From positions 17,716 through 81,715 of the forward strand of contig CAZJEQ010000004.1 in assembly GCA_964545165.1 (NCBI GenBank): a DNA stretch of 64,000 nt. The letters run 5' to 3'. The notes below the pieces were generated by a model that was not told where the DNA came from, made no database searches, and worked only from the letters and a program-made list of their open reading frames with translations. The stretch is from an uncultured Candidatus Saccharibacteria bacterium. GTDB taxonomy: Bacteria; Patescibacteriota; Minisyncoccia; Phycocordibacterales; UBA2100. The translations under genes and the position numbers were made by a program. Positions 48,046 through 57,899 of the stretch are shown here, in pieces; position 1 is the first letter of the stretch; the number at the start of each line of letters is the position of its first letter.

Positions 48046-49845
48046 ATGGAAATCAGAAACATCGCCATCATCGCTCACGTCGACCACGGTAAGACGACTC
48101 TTACCGATGCGCTTTTGACGCAAACCGGCGCTGCGGAAGCGGGCGTTTCTATGGACTCAAACCAGCTCGAACGTGAGCGCGGCATCACCATTTACTCCAA
48201 AAATGCTGCCGTCATGTACAAGGGCACCAAGATCAACATCGTCGACACGCCCGGTCACGCCGACTTCGGCTCCGAAGTCGAGCGCGTGTTGCGCTCCATC
48301 GACTCGGTCTTGCTCGTCGTCGACGCCCAGGAGGGCCCGATGCCGCAGACACGCTTTGTATTGAAAAAGTCACTCGAACTCGGCATCAAACCGATTGTGG
48401 TCATCAACAAAATTGATAAGCCCGCCGCTGACCCGGCACGCTGCGAAGAGCAGGTCCTGGAACTCTTCCTCGAGCTCGGCGCTTCCGACGAACAGGCCGA
48501 TTTCCCAGTCATCTACGCGATCGGTCGTCAGGGCCTCGCAAAGATGAAACTCACCGATGATTCAAAAGATCTCACACCACTCCTTGATCTCATTCTCGCC
48601 AAGGTGCCACCAGCGGCGACCCCTGAGGCACTGCAGAAGCCTGCCCGACTCCAGACCTTCAACCTCGGCTATGACAACTTCCTCGGTAGACTCGCCATCG
48701 TGCGCGTCTACGATGGTACGTTGAAGACGGGCGACAATGTCTTCGTCAAAAAGCCGGACGGCGAGACGCGGTCGGGCAAAATCACGAAGATGTACACCTT
48801 CCTCGGGCTCGGCAAAGTCGAGGCGACCGAGGTGGGCGCCGGCGACATCGCCATGATCGCAGGGCTTCCGGACATTTTCATCGGCGAAACAGTCTCGACA
48901 GATAAAGACGCAGTCCCGCTGCCAGCGATCGCCATCGATGAGCCGACCATTTCGGTGAATTTCCTCGTGAACAACTCGCCATTCGCCGGCAAGGAAGGGA
49001 AGTTCGTCACCTCACGCCAGATTCGTGATCGCTTGGAGCGCGAACTCGAGATCAACGTCGGCCTCAAGGTCGACTTCACCGCGGTCGCAAGCGATGGCCC
49101 GGAGTCCGTCAAAGTCTCGGGTCGCGGCGAATTGCATATCGCCATCCTCATCGAGAATATGCGTCGTGAAGGGTACGAGCTCCAGGTCTCGCAGCCGCAG
49201 GTCATCTTCCATGAAGAGGGCGGCCACAAGCTCGAGCCATATGAGGAGGTCATTATCGACACCCCGCAGACCTACCAGGGTGCGATCATCGAGCGTCTCG
49301 GTACGCGCAAATTTGTTATGAAAGACCTCAAGGTGCATGAGAACCAGGTGCGCCTGACCTTCGAAGGTCCGACCCGCGGCCTCTTGGGCTACCGCTCGCA
49401 ATTCGTGCTCGACACCAAAGGCGAGGGCATTCTCTCGTCGCGCGTTGTCGGCTTCCGTGAGTACGCCGGTGAGATCAAGAAGCGCCAGGTAGGCTCGATG
49501 ATCTCGATGGCAAGCGGCAAGGCGCTTGGCTTCTCGCTGTGGAATTTGCAGGAGCGTGGCGTTGTCTATATCGGCCCAGCAGTGGAAGTCTACGAAGGCA
49601 TGGTTATCGGCAACACTTCGAAGGGCGAAGAGATGACGGTGAATCCGACCAAGGGTAAGCAACTCACCAACATGCGCTCGAAATCATCCGATGAAGCAAT
49701 GAATCTCGTGCCGCCGTATGAGCTCTCGATTGAGCGCGGCCTCGAGGTCATGGCCGAAGACGAGTATCTCGAGATCACACCGATCTCCGTGCGCCTCCGC
49801 AAGCAAGTCCTCGGCGAAGTCGACCGCACCAAATCGCGCCGCTAA
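48046..49845 (+). CDS. typA: translational GTPase TypA/BipA
   Basis: G-domain motifs [18 protein letters not shown]; 599 aa with the BipA-specific C-terminal domain. Confidence 0.9.
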   Translation: MEIRNIAIIAHVDHGKTTLTDALLTQTGAAEAGVSMDSNQLERERGITIYSKNAAVMYKGTKINIVDTPGHADFGSEVERVLRSIDSVLLVVDAQEGPMPQTRFVLKKSLELGIKPIVVINKIDKPAADPARCEEQVLELFLELGASDEQADFPVIYAIGRQGLAKMKLTDDSKDLTPLLDLILAKVPPAATPEALQKPARLQTFNLGYDNFLGRLAIVRVYDGTLKTGDNVFVKKPDGETRSGKITKMYTFLGLGKVEATEVGAGDIAMIAGLPDIFIGETVSTDKDAVPLPAIAIDEPTISVNFLVNNSPFAGKEGKFVTSRQIRDRLERELEINVGLKVDFTAVASDGPESVKVSGRGELHIAILIENMRREGYELQVSQPQVIFHEEGGHKLEPYEEVIIDTPQTYQGAIIERLGTRKFVMKDLKVHENQVRLTFEGPTRGLLGYRSQFVLDTKGEGILSSRVVGFREYAGEIKKRQVGSMISMASGKALGFSLWNLQERGVVYIGPAVEVYEGMVIGNTSKGEEMTVNPTKGKQLTNMRSKSSDEAMNLVPPYELSIERGLEVMAEDEYLEITPISVRLRKQVLGEVDRTKSRR

Positions 49846-49901
49846 GCACTTTTTCTCAGAAAAAGTATTGACGCACGCGCTCAGTATCGTATTCTCTCTC
49901 T

Positions 49902-49926
49902 AGGCCAATTCCGGCCTTTTTCTTTT
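49902..49926 (+). terminator. terminator hairpin
   Basis: AGGCCAATTCCGGCCTTTTTCTTTTC; followed by GGAGGGGAAG Shine-Dalgarno for the next gene. Confidence 0.5.
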
Positions 49927-49939
49927 CGGAGGGGAAGAA

Positions 49940-50422
49940 ATGACGGAAGTACTGATTACCTCAGTTGGGAGGCAAGTTCCCCGGGCGATCGAACAGCACT
50001 TCGCAAAATACGGAGTGGGTTCGGATCACTTGAGTGAGCCGTTCCGCGTCACACAGGATGAAGTGAGCGCGTTCACCCGCCTCTTCAACGACACGAATCC
50101 CATTCACACGTCCGAGAGCGGGCTCGGGGCTTCGGTTGTTCCGGCGCTTATGATTCCGCCGCTCATCACCAAGCATCGGCCAGTGCCGACGCCGTATGAG
50201 CTGGCCGGTCGGCAGCTCGGAATCAAGGAGACGGGCAAAACCGAATACCGCAAGCCGATGTTCGTCGAGGTCGACGAGGCCCGGGTGAAATATCGATTGC
50301 TCGAGGTGCCGCGGGCAACGGCGCTCGGGGTCATGATTCCGGTCGCGTATGCGATCGTCGTCGATGACAAGGACATTGTGCGCGGATCGCTCACGCTGAC
50401 CTACTTCGAACTTCGCAACTGA
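49940..50422 (+). CDS. MaoC-like (hotdog-fold) dehydratase family protein
   Basis: FTRLFNDTNPIHT motif of MaoC/hotdog proteins. Confidence 0.65.
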   Translation: MTEVLITSVGRQVPRAIEQHFAKYGVGSDHLSEPFRVTQDEVSAFTRLFNDTNPIHTSESGLGASVVPALMIPPLITKHRPVPTPYELAGRQLGIKETGKTEYRKPMFVEVDEARVKYRLLEVPRATALGVMIPVAYAIVVDDKDIVRGSLTLTYFELRN

Positions 50423-50490
50423 GAGAGCTCTATATCGAGCGCGGGACCCGATTGGTCACGCGCTCGAACTGCATAAGGGCAATTTGATAT

Positions 50491-50566
50491 GCTCCACGTC
50501 ACATCTCTACAGAGATGTGTCCGGGCATAACTCCTGAGATTCCCTGCTGAGAATCTCAGGGTTACA
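50491..50566 (+). repeat. structured intergenic repeat (locus C)
   Basis: CCACGTCACATCTCTacagAGAGATGTGTCCGGGCATAACTCCTGAGATTCcctgctgaGAATCTCAGGGTTACA, then ATG; both stems are complementary but differ in sequence from the loci A and B copies. Confidence 0.6.
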
Positions 50567-50968
50567 ATGACAAGTATGAAAAAGCCACTACCCGAAAACG
50601 AAGAGGGATTTAAGGAGATGCTTACGCCGGAAGAATATAAAGTGCTGCGTGAGAAGGGGACGGAAGCGCCATTTAGCGGCGAATATGTCCACGAAAAGGC
50701 CGACGGCACCTACGAGTGTAAGGTCTGCGGTAATCCGCTTTTTGATTCGACCTCCAAATTTGATAGTGGCACGGGCTGGCCGTCATTTGATTCTGCGCTC
50801 CCCGGCGCGGTCGAGACGCACGCTGATACCGAGCACGGTATGGTGCGCACCGAAATCACCTGCGCGCGCTGTGGCTCCCACCTCGGTCACGTCTTCGACG
50901 ACGGCCCCACTGCTACAGGTAAGAGGTACTGTATAAACTCGGTTTGTCTTGATTTAGAAGAGAAGTAG
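50567..50968 (+). CDS. msrB: peptide methionine sulfoxide reductase MsrB
   Basis: CxxC..CxxC zinc ligands; GWPSF and [10 protein letters not shown] catalytic motif. Confidence 0.85.
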   Translation: MTSMKKPLPENEEGFKEMLTPEEYKVLREKGTEAPFSGEYVHEKADGTYECKVCGNPLFDSTSKFDSGTGWPSFDSALPGAVETHADTEHGMVRTEITCARCGSHLGHVFDDGPTATGKRYCINSVCLDLEEK

Positions 50969-50978
50969 CTCAAAATAA

Positions 50979-51018
50979 CTTGCAGATATAAAAGTGCGAT
51001 CGCACTTTTATATCTGCA
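50979..51018. terminator. perfect 40-nt palindrome acting as a bidirectional terminator
   Basis: CTGCAGATATAAAAGTGCGA|TCGCACTTTTATATCTGCAG lying between convergent msrB and the ICMT gene. Confidence 0.6.
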
Positions 51019-51058
51019 GCAGTGTTAGAGCCCGTGCTATGCACCAGCACCAGGGAGG

Positions 51059-52738
51059 CTAGTAAATACCGGGGATGAATTTCCAGGGCGTCTTTTTTTG
51101 ATAGAGAGCGTAGTCGGGATTGGACCACTGCATGAAATTGTCTTCACGCTCCGAGCGAATCCAGTAGAGGAAGAGGTACATACTCAGTCCCAGCCACTGC
51201 ACGCCGGCGGCGAGGCCGACGAGCTCGGTCACAAAAAACATGCACGCCTCCAGGGTGTAATTCGGGTGGCGCATCACGCTGTAGAAGCCGCTTGTGCGCA
51301 CACCCTTATCGGTCATGAGGTCAAAGAGAATGCCGAGATTAAAAATCGAAAGCATATAGAGGAGGTTGAGTACGAGTCCGAGGATGAGCATGAGGTAGAG
51401 CAATGGGCCTGCCGTGATGATGGGATCGATGCCGGTGAAGGCGGGGCTCATCTGCCAGATCACGATGCCGAAGAGCGGGTAGCAGAAGCCATTGGTGAGC
51501 CAGCCGGTCACCGTGAAGTCGAGGTTGCGGATGTACTTGCCCCAGAGGATGGAGAGGACTGAGTAGCCGTAGCCGATGAGGACTCCGACGACCGTGAGCG
51601 CCCAAATGAGGAATTTTGCTTGTTCAAACCATGTCTCGATCGTCGGCGCGGGGAAGCCAATCGCGAGCGCGGCCTGGATGTCGCCACGCAGAAAGCCGAG
51701 GAGTGTCGACGCAAAGGCGTACACGATAATGAGGTGCAGCGCCCAGAGGATGATGCCGCGCTGGAATGAGACGCGTTGTACGCCACTGGTGCCCTGGTAC
51801 GAAATCCATCGCCACAGCGTGAGGATCGGTGAGCGTTGTCGATAGGCCAGGTAGCCGTAATAGAGCGCGCCAATGAGCGCGTACGCGTAGGGCAGTATCC
51901 GCGTCACATCGTCGTACAGATACACGGAGGGTAGCGACAAGCGGCGTGAGATTTCAAAGGAGAGATACGCGAGAAAATATAACGGCATCTTTACCACAAA
52001 CCACGTAAAGGGAATGCCCGCGATGAGATGCGTGATCCAAAAAAAGGCCTGGCGTGAAAGCGGGATGCGACGCAGCGCCTCGCCAAGGACTATGAACGGC
52101 GAGCGTCTCGTACGTAGATAGGTGAGCGCGTATCCGAGTAGTGTGAGTGCCATCACGGCGATTTCCAGAGCAGTGAGCAGGCCATTATCGAAGAGCGTCA
52201 CCTGCGTCGCATATTGGTATTCACTCGCAAAGAGCGGTGCATCCGTCTGGCTCACGCCAATGGGTAATGCAATTTCTGAGCGCGATGCGTCCGCACGAAT
52301 AATCGACACTTGCCCGAGACTCTCTCGATCGCGAAAGATGTGGAGTGCGTCTCCCTCGTGGAGACCACTCGTCGTTCCGAGAGATACGTAGGTCCGACCA
52401 TCTTCTTCGAAGACGAGCCCATGACGACCAATGGGCCATGACATGTCGCGCGGATCAATGCGAAGTGTTGCGCGATCATTGGCGACGCTTTCTACAACGC
52501 CGGTACCAATCGGCGCCTTCCAGGTGCTGTTGAAGCGATAGAGCGTGAGGCGCTGACCGCGCTCGATGGTGGACTCTTGTGGGTCATACGTAATCGCCAC
52601 GAGCGTCTCCTCGAGCGTCTGTGTCACCGCGAAGTGCTGTGTCGCTCGTCCGTGGAAGGGGGCGAGGATGAGCAGGACGACAAAGAGGGCCAGCGTGACC
52701 TCGACCGCAATGGAGACTCCTCGGTTAATGAAGGTCAT
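51059..52738 (-). CDS. large membrane protein with a C-terminal isoprenylcysteine carboxyl methyltransferase (ICMT/PEMT) domain
   Basis: C-terminus RTSGFYSVMRHPNYTLE...E (ICMT motif); N-terminal TM helix plus soluble beta-rich domain plus polytopic region; 559 aa. Confidence 0.7.
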   Translation of the reverse strand: MTFINRGVSIAVEVTLALFVVLLILAPFHGRATQHFAVTQTLEETLVAITYDPQESTIERGQRLTLYRFNSTWKAPIGTGVVESVANDRATLRIDPRDMSWPIGRHGLVFEEDGRTYVSLGTTSGLHEGDALHIFRDRESLGQVSIIRADASRSEIALPIGVSQTDAPLFASEYQYATQVTLFDNGLLTALEIAVMALTLLGYALTYLRTRRSPFIVLGEALRRIPLSRQAFFWITHLIAGIPFTWFVVKMPLYFLAYLSFEISRRLSLPSVYLYDDVTRILPYAYALIGALYYGYLAYRQRSPILTLWRWISYQGTSGVQRVSFQRGIILWALHLIIVYAFASTLLGFLRGDIQAALAIGFPAPTIETWFEQAKFLIWALTVVGVLIGYGYSVLSILWGKYIRNLDFTVTGWLTNGFCYPLFGIVIWQMSPAFTGIDPIITAGPLLYLMLILGLVLNLLYMLSIFNLGILFDLMTDKGVRTSGFYSVMRHPNYTLEACMFFVTELVGLAAGVQWLGLSMYLFLYWIRSEREDNFMQWSNPDYALYQKKTPWKFIPGIY

Positions 52739-52808
52739 GGAAGCGCATCATAGCAAAAACCACTCTTTTTGGGGGTGCTTGCAGGCCCCTATATACGTGG
52801 CAGTATGC

Positions 52809-53435
52809 ATGCATATGGGTACATACAAATATTACATAGTCGGTGTCATGGCGCTTATTTTAGTAGCAGCAGGTGCGTTTTATCTTCTCAAGGGCGACAC
52901 GCTCACCCCGGCCTCTCAAGAGGAGACCCCGCAGGGACCAGCGATGGTCGCGACGAGCACATATGCCACCACGACCTATTCGATCGTTTACCCGAATGAC
53001 TTCACCGTTGATCCGCAGTATTCAAATACGTCAGTCAACCCGCAGAAGCCGATTGCTGGCGTAAAATTTACTATTCCGCTCGCGATGGCGACGGGCACGA
53101 ATCTCTCGAGCGATACCTATATGAGCGTCGAGCAGCTTCCGCGCGCCAAAAACTGCACGGGCGATATTTATCTGTCGGCCAATGTCACTGCCATCGATGA
53201 GACGGTCAATGGCATTTCGTACTCAGTCGCCCAATCAAGTGATGCCGGGGCGGGGAATCTCTACGAGGAAATGGTCTACGCGCGCGCGAGCTCGAATCCG
53301 TGCACGGCGGTACGCTATGTCATCCACTCGACGCAGATTGCCAACTATCCAGAAGGCACCGTGCGAGCATTTGATCGCGCCGCACTTCTCGCTTCCTTCG
53401 ATCAGATCCGTGATTCGCTGATGCTCATCCAGTAG
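52809..53435 (+). CDS. hypothetical membrane-anchored extracytoplasmic protein
   Basis: Start at MHMGTYKYY; one TM helix, then a Thr/Ser-rich soluble domain with two Cys residues. Confidence 0.5.
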   Translation: MHMGTYKYYIVGVMALILVAAGAFYLLKGDTLTPASQEETPQGPAMVATSTYATTTYSIVYPNDFTVDPQYSNTSVNPQKPIAGVKFTIPLAMATGTNLSSDTYMSVEQLPRAKNCTGDIYLSANVTAIDETVNGISYSVAQSSDAGAGNLYEEMVYARASSNPCTAVRYVIHSTQIANYPEGTVRAFDRAALLASFDQIRDSLMLIQ

Positions 53436-53446
53436 CACTAGGGGTT

Positions 53447-53482
53447 CAAAAAAAGGCACGCTCGGAAGGGCGTGCCTTTTTA
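53447..53482 (+). terminator. rho-independent terminator
   Basis: AAAAAAAGGCACGC-tcggaag-GGCGTGCCTTTTTAAT. Confidence 0.6.
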
Positions 53483-53500
53483 ATGATACGATTTCGTGAC

Positions 53501-54058
53501 ATGACTCGTAAGCAGGTCTTCATCGTCCTTGTTCTCATCGGCGCGCAATTGCTCGTCTTGCTGGCATTCGGACAGCCGCTTATCAGCGACAGCGGTGTTG
53601 TGAAATTCTGGGAGGGCAACATTCACTCAAGTGGCATGTCGCAGCATCTCACCGATTGGTACACCTTCTCGCATATCATCCATGGCATCCTCTTTTTCTA
53701 TCTGCTCAAGTACCTTTTCCCGGCGAAGCCGCTCATGTGGCGACTCGCGATTGCCGTCGGCATCGAGGCGGCGTGGGAAATCGCAGAGAACTCCACGATG
53801 GTGATTGAGCACTATCGGCAGCAGGCACTCGCGGCAGGATATACGGGCGATAGTATCTTGAATTCGATATCTGATACCGCCGCGATGATGCTCGGATTTT
53901 TCTTTGCGTCGCGCACCCGTGCCACGATCGTCATAGCTGCCGCGGTTGCGGCAGAGCTGTTTACGCTCTATATGATTCGCGACAACCTCACCCTCAACGT
54001 CATCAATCTTATACACGTGGTACCGGCGATCGACGCGTGGCAGGCAGGAGTACGGTAA
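53501..54058 (+). CDS. polytopic membrane protein (DUF2585-like)
   Basis: Four to five TM helices; WYTFSHIIHG motif. The track start 53483 overlaps the terminator stem, so 53501 is used. Confidence 0.5.
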   Translation: MTRKQVFIVLVLIGAQLLVLLAFGQPLISDSGVVKFWEGNIHSSGMSQHLTDWYTFSHIIHGILFFYLLKYLFPAKPLMWRLAIAVGIEAAWEIAENSTMVIEHYRQQALAAGYTGDSILNSISDTAAMMLGFFFASRTRATIVIAAAVAAELFTLYMIRDNLTLNVINLIHVVPAIDAWQAGVR

Positions 54059-54062
54059 GCAC

Positions 54063-54593
54063 ATGCCACCGGTCGATATTCGGATAAGTGAGCGTGCGCG
54101 GGCGATGCGCGTCGCCGTGCATCCAGGCGGGGAGGTGGTCCTCACGGTTCCGCGACGCGCCTCGCAAATGGCCATCGACCGATTCCTTGCGCGGTACGCC
54201 GTGTGGATCGAGCGTGCGCGCGCCACGTCTGCGCACGTGCGCGTCATCTCTGCGGAGCGACGGTTGCTCGCTATGTACAAGCGAGAGGCCCAGGCGCTCG
54301 CGGCACGATGGTGTGCACACTATGCAGCGAGATACAGGGTGCGATATCGCAAGATCACGATACGCGCTCAAAAACGTCGCTGGGGAAGCTGCTCGCGCGA
54401 AGGCAACCTCAGCTTCAATTACAAGATTGCGCTGTTGCCCGAGGAGGTGATGCGGTATGTCATCGTGCATGAGATTTGTCATCTGCGGCAGTTTGATCAC
54501 TCCAAAAAGTTTTGGGATCTTGTCGCGCATGAGGTGCCTAATCATCGTGCCCTGCGTGCACAGCTCAGGAACCTGGTCGTGCGCTTCTCATAA
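54063..54593 (+). CDS. DUF45 / YgjP-like zinc metallopeptidase (M48 / SprT-like fold)
   Basis: HEICHLRQFDHS (HExxH) near the C-terminus; WGSC motif. Confidence 0.7.
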   Translation: MPPVDIRISERARAMRVAVHPGGEVVLTVPRRASQMAIDRFLARYAVWIERARATSAHVRVISAERRLLAMYKREAQALAARWCAHYAARYRVRYRKITIRAQKRRWGSCSREGNLSFNYKIALLPEEVMRYVIVHEICHLRQFDHSKKFWDLVAHEVPNHRALRAQLRNLVVRFS

Positions 54594-54674
54594 GATCTAG
54601 CAGTCCGTATGGTATAGTTTCGACGCAGCAAACGGTCACGTTCACGCTCGCCTCATCATACTTTTAGGACTCTT

Positions 54675-54956
54675 ATGACAGATTTCACCCAAATGTACGT
54701 GTTCTTTATTATTACTTCACTCGCGGTCGTGGTCGTTACCCTCTTGGTGAGTCTTGCGTTGTACTATGTGGTGCGAATTCTTCGCACGGTGGATCGTTTG
54801 TCGACTGCTGCGCTGGATGAGGCAACGTTGTTGCGCGAAGACATTGCAGAGCTTCGTACGAATGTTCGCACTGAGGGTATGAAAGTGAAGTCGTTCGTGA
54901 AATTTGGGAGGAAGTTCGTGGAGCGTTTCTTCGAAGGTACACCTATTAAAAAGTAA
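54675..54956 (+). CDS. small membrane protein (DUF948-like)
   Basis: N-terminal TM helix plus amphipathic helix; 93 aa. Confidence 0.45.
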   Translation: MTDFTQMYVFFIITSLAVVVVTLLVSLALYYVVRILRTVDRLSTAALDEATLLREDIAELRTNVRTEGMKVKSFVKFGRKFVERFFEGTPIKK

Positions 54957-54965
54957 TTAATTTCT

Positions 54966-55361
54966 ATGGTGAATAAAAAACAGGTCAGTATTGGTGCAGG
55001 TGCGGTCGCCGCAGCCGCCGCTGCAGCAGCTGCTGGGTATTACTTTTATGCGAGCAAAGATGCCAAGCAGCATCGCAAAGTGGCCGCGAAATGGGCTGGT
55101 GGCCTGAAGCGCGAAGTTATCCGCGAGGCTAAGAAGCTCAAGACCGTGGATCGCGCCAAGATCGCCGCCGCAATCGACACTGCGGTCTCCGCGTACGAGA
55201 ACGTTCGTTCAGTCGATTCTAAAGAGCTCGTGCGTGCTGCAAAAGAATTGAAAAACAACTGGCGCGAAGTCGTTGCTGAGGTAGGGGTCGGCACAGCAAA
55301 GCGTGCTACCAAACGCGTGGTGAAGCGCGCAGTCAAGAAGGCTGCAAAGCGTGCACGATAG
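54966..55361 (+). CDS. Lys/Ala-rich hypothetical protein
   Basis: Poly-Ala segment and a lysine-rich tail (KRATKRVVKRAVKKAAKRAR). Confidence 0.45.
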   Translation: MVNKKQVSIGAGAVAAAAAAAAAGYYFYASKDAKQHRKVAAKWAGGLKREVIREAKKLKTVDRAKIAAAIDTAVSAYENVRSVDSKELVRAAKELKNNWREVVAEVGVGTAKRATKRVVKRAVKKAAKRAR

Positions 55362-55364
55362 CGC

Positions 55365-56303
55365 ATGCGACGACTCCTCCCGACGCTCGTAGTCCTGGCT
55401 GGCATCGGCGCGGCGGGGTACGTGTATCGAGAGCCACTCAGCGTATTTGCGAGCCAGGTGTACGGACAGGTCTTGCCCTGTACGAAGCCGATTACCTATT
55501 CGATCGGCACGATTGATCCGCGCTTCAATATCACGGAGTCCGATGTGGCTGCTGTTCTTGCTGAGGCATCGAGCGTATGGGGCGCAGCGCTCGACCGTAC
55601 GCTCTTTGTGTATCGTGAGAGTGGCGGCGCGCTGACGGTCAATTTTATGTACGATGCGCGGCAAGAGACGACGAGCGCGCTTCGCTCGCTTGATGCGGCA
55701 ATTACCGATGATAAAGATGCGTATGATGCCGTGAACGCGGAGTATCAGCGATTGCTCGCCGCCTACAAGACGGCGCAGGCTCGCTTTGAGGCTGACGCTC
55801 AGGCCCTCGGACGTGACACGGCCGCATACCAGGCGGAGGTGACACGCATCAATGCTCGCGGCGGTGCCAAGCCGGGCGAGTACGAGCGTTTACAAAAAGA
55901 AAAAGCGGTACTCGATGCACGCCAGGATGCACTCGAAACGCGCCGCGCCGCGCTCAATACGCAGGCGAGCGCGGTCAATGCCAAGGTCCAAGAACTTAAC
56001 CACCTTGCTGGCGAAGTGAATACGGGTGCCTCAACATACAACGCCGTCGCCGAAGGGCATGACGAAGAATTTGAAGAAGCGCTCTATCAGAGCGCACCGG
56101 GTACGCAAGAGATTGACGTATTTGAATATGATTCACGTGCGCGGCTAGTGCGTGTGCTCTCGCATGAATTTGGTCATGCCCTCGGGCTCGAGCATGTCGC
56201 GGATCCGGAAGCGATCATGTACCGACTCAATCAAGGTACCAAGAGTGAGCTCGTCGGAGCAGACGTTGCGGAATTGCATGCCGCATGTCGCATCGCACCG
56301 TAG
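55365..56303 (+). CDS. membrane-anchored zinc metalloprotease (matrixin/metzincin-like) with a coiled-coil insert
   Basis: HEFGHALGLEH = HExxHxxGxxH zinc-binding motif; N-terminal TM helix; long Ala/Gln/Glu coiled-coil region. Confidence 0.65.
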   Translation: MRRLLPTLVVLAGIGAAGYVYREPLSVFASQVYGQVLPCTKPITYSIGTIDPRFNITESDVAAVLAEASSVWGAALDRTLFVYRESGGALTVNFMYDARQETTSALRSLDAAITDDKDAYDAVNAEYQRLLAAYKTAQARFEADAQALGRDTAAYQAEVTRINARGGAKPGEYERLQKEKAVLDARQDALETRRAALNTQASAVNAKVQELNHLAGEVNTGASTYNAVAEGHDEEFEEALYQSAPGTQEIDVFEYDSRARLVRVLSHEFGHALGLEHVADPEAIMYRLNQGTKSELVGADVAELHAACRIAP

Positions 56304-56421
56304 TTCAGCAGCTTTTCATGGTGCATTGCATATAGTGCATCTCTCGCGGCCACGCCCTCCGGGCAGGGGAGATCCCCATCGCCGTCGTTTCCATTATCAT
56401 TATTCGTCTCATAACGTATCT

Positions 56422-56553
56422 ATGAATCAGAAACACAACGATAATCGCGATAACAAGAATGAACTCAACACCTCTCAGGTCTCTGGCCAGGGCGGCTCAC
56501 AGAGTCAGGGCGCATCGAAGGACAGTAAGGATGCGATGGAGGACACTGAATAG
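56422..56553 (+). CDS. small hydrophilic peptide (43 aa), speculative
   Basis: MNQKHNDNRDNKNELNTSQVSGQGGSQSQGASKDSKDAMEDTE, followed by a hairpin; stress-protein-like composition with no family support. Confidence 0.25.
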   Translation: MNQKHNDNRDNKNELNTSQVSGQGGSQSQGASKDSKDAMEDTE

Positions 56554-56655
56554 TTTGCTTAGCCTCGCCGTCTCGCACGAGGCGGCGAGGCATTTCTCAT
56601 GCGGTCAGCTTAAAAATCCTAAAGGCCGTGCGGAGCACGGCCTTTGGAACGAACA

Positions 56656-57060
56656 TTATTTGCGCGAAGCTTTCAGCTCGTTCGCGTAAGCCAAACAGAG
56701 GTGCACCTCGTCCCAGTAGTATTCGATGTCCTCTGCGGCCATACCCTTCCAGGGCTGCGTTTCGCGCTCGCGCTCGAGGTCATCGCGGTAGATTGTGCAG
56801 TGATGCACGAGTTTGCTCAGGGCGATATGCTTCTGAGCCTCCGGCGTGCTGCACGCGACCGAGGCGCGCTCCCCAGGCCGTAGGTACACCGGGCACTGGA
56901 AGTGCTGAGGATGGTTCGGTGCGATTCTGCTCTCCATCGTGCTCACGGCGTCTTGCAAGAGTGGCAGGACGGCGGCCTTTTCGGTATCGGCGGTGATCGG
57001 TTGTGCGCAGATTGGCGTGCTCACCGTGAGCAGCGCGAAAGCGAGAAGGAGGTGCTTCAT
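56656..57060 (-). CDS. secreted hypothetical protein (signal peptide, 4 Cys)
   Basis: MKHLLLAFALLTVSTPICAQP signal peptide; a terminator hairpin GGCCGTGC-gga-GCACGGCC followed by a U-run lies downstream. Confidence 0.55.
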   Translation of the reverse strand: MKHLLLAFALLTVSTPICAQPITADTEKAAVLPLLQDAVSTMESRIAPNHPQHFQCPVYLRPGERASVACSTPEAQKHIALSKLVHHCTIYRDDLERERETQPWKGMAAEDIEYYWDEVHLCLAYANELKASRK

Positions 57061-57259
57061 TGTGATCCCCGAATCGTGTGGCGTTGCTGGGTTATCCCAG
57101 CAAAACTATGCCCGGAGGGTGACACGCTGTCAACTGCGTGCAGGTATCGACTCATAAAGCGGTTCATCGGTGCTTCACTGCATGTGGTGTTTACTCATAT
57201 ACAGGTGGTCACTCACTAGAGTATGCTGATAGCGGCTCCTTGCGGAGCCGCTATCACAC

Positions 57260-57865
57260 GTGAATAAAATGAAACGCACCACGCGCATTATCCTTATCTT
57301 CGTTATCATCGCGGCACTCATCGTGTTTGCCGCGACCCTCGTGCATGCTGTGTGGTATGCGCCCGCTGATAATCTCCAGGTCCCGGCGACGACCACCACC
57401 GCGCGCCTCGTGCCGCCAGAAGAGCAGCCCGCACGACTCATCATTCCTGCCATCGAGGTGGATGCTGCTGTGCAGTATGTCGGGGTGACGGCTCAGGGTG
57501 CTATGGGAGTACCCAATAACTTTTCAGATGTCGCGTGGTACAAATACGGCACCGTGCCGGGTGAGCGCGGGAGCGCCGTTATCGATGGTCACGTTGACAA
57601 CGGCCTCTCGCTCGCGGGTGTTTTCAAACGTCTCGGCGAACTCAAACCTGGTGATGATGTGTATATTGAGCGTAAAAATGGTGAGCGCACGCACTTCCGC
57701 GTAGAAGCAATGGAGACATACCCGTATCAAGAAGTGCCGCTGGAGCGCGTCTTCAACAAAGATACTGATGCGTACCTCAATCTCATCACCTGCGGTGGTT
57801 CGTGGATCAAAACTGCCAAGACCTATGATCAGCGGCTCGTCGTGTATACGCGATTGGTTCGGTAA
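57260..57865 (+). CDS. sortase (class E/F-like transpeptidase)
   Basis: N-terminal TM anchor; catalytic His (VIDGHVD), Cys (LNLITCGG) and Arg (LVVYTRL). Confidence 0.8.
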   Translation: MNKMKRTTRIILIFVIIAALIVFAATLVHAVWYAPADNLQVPATTTTARLVPPEEQPARLIIPAIEVDAAVQYVGVTAQGAMGVPNNFSDVAWYKYGTVPGERGSAVIDGHVDNGLSLAGVFKRLGELKPGDDVYIERKNGERTHFRVEAMETYPYQEVPLERVFNKDTDAYLNLITCGGSWIKTAKTYDQRLVVYTRLVR

Positions 57866-57899
57866 TTCACCGCAAACCGAGACGTGATATATTGCCCAC

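Noticed and set aside
49868-49895. TTGACG-16-TATTCT promoter-like pair after typA
   Set aside because: It lies upstream of the typA terminator hairpin rather than between terminator and gene, so it is probably a chance match.
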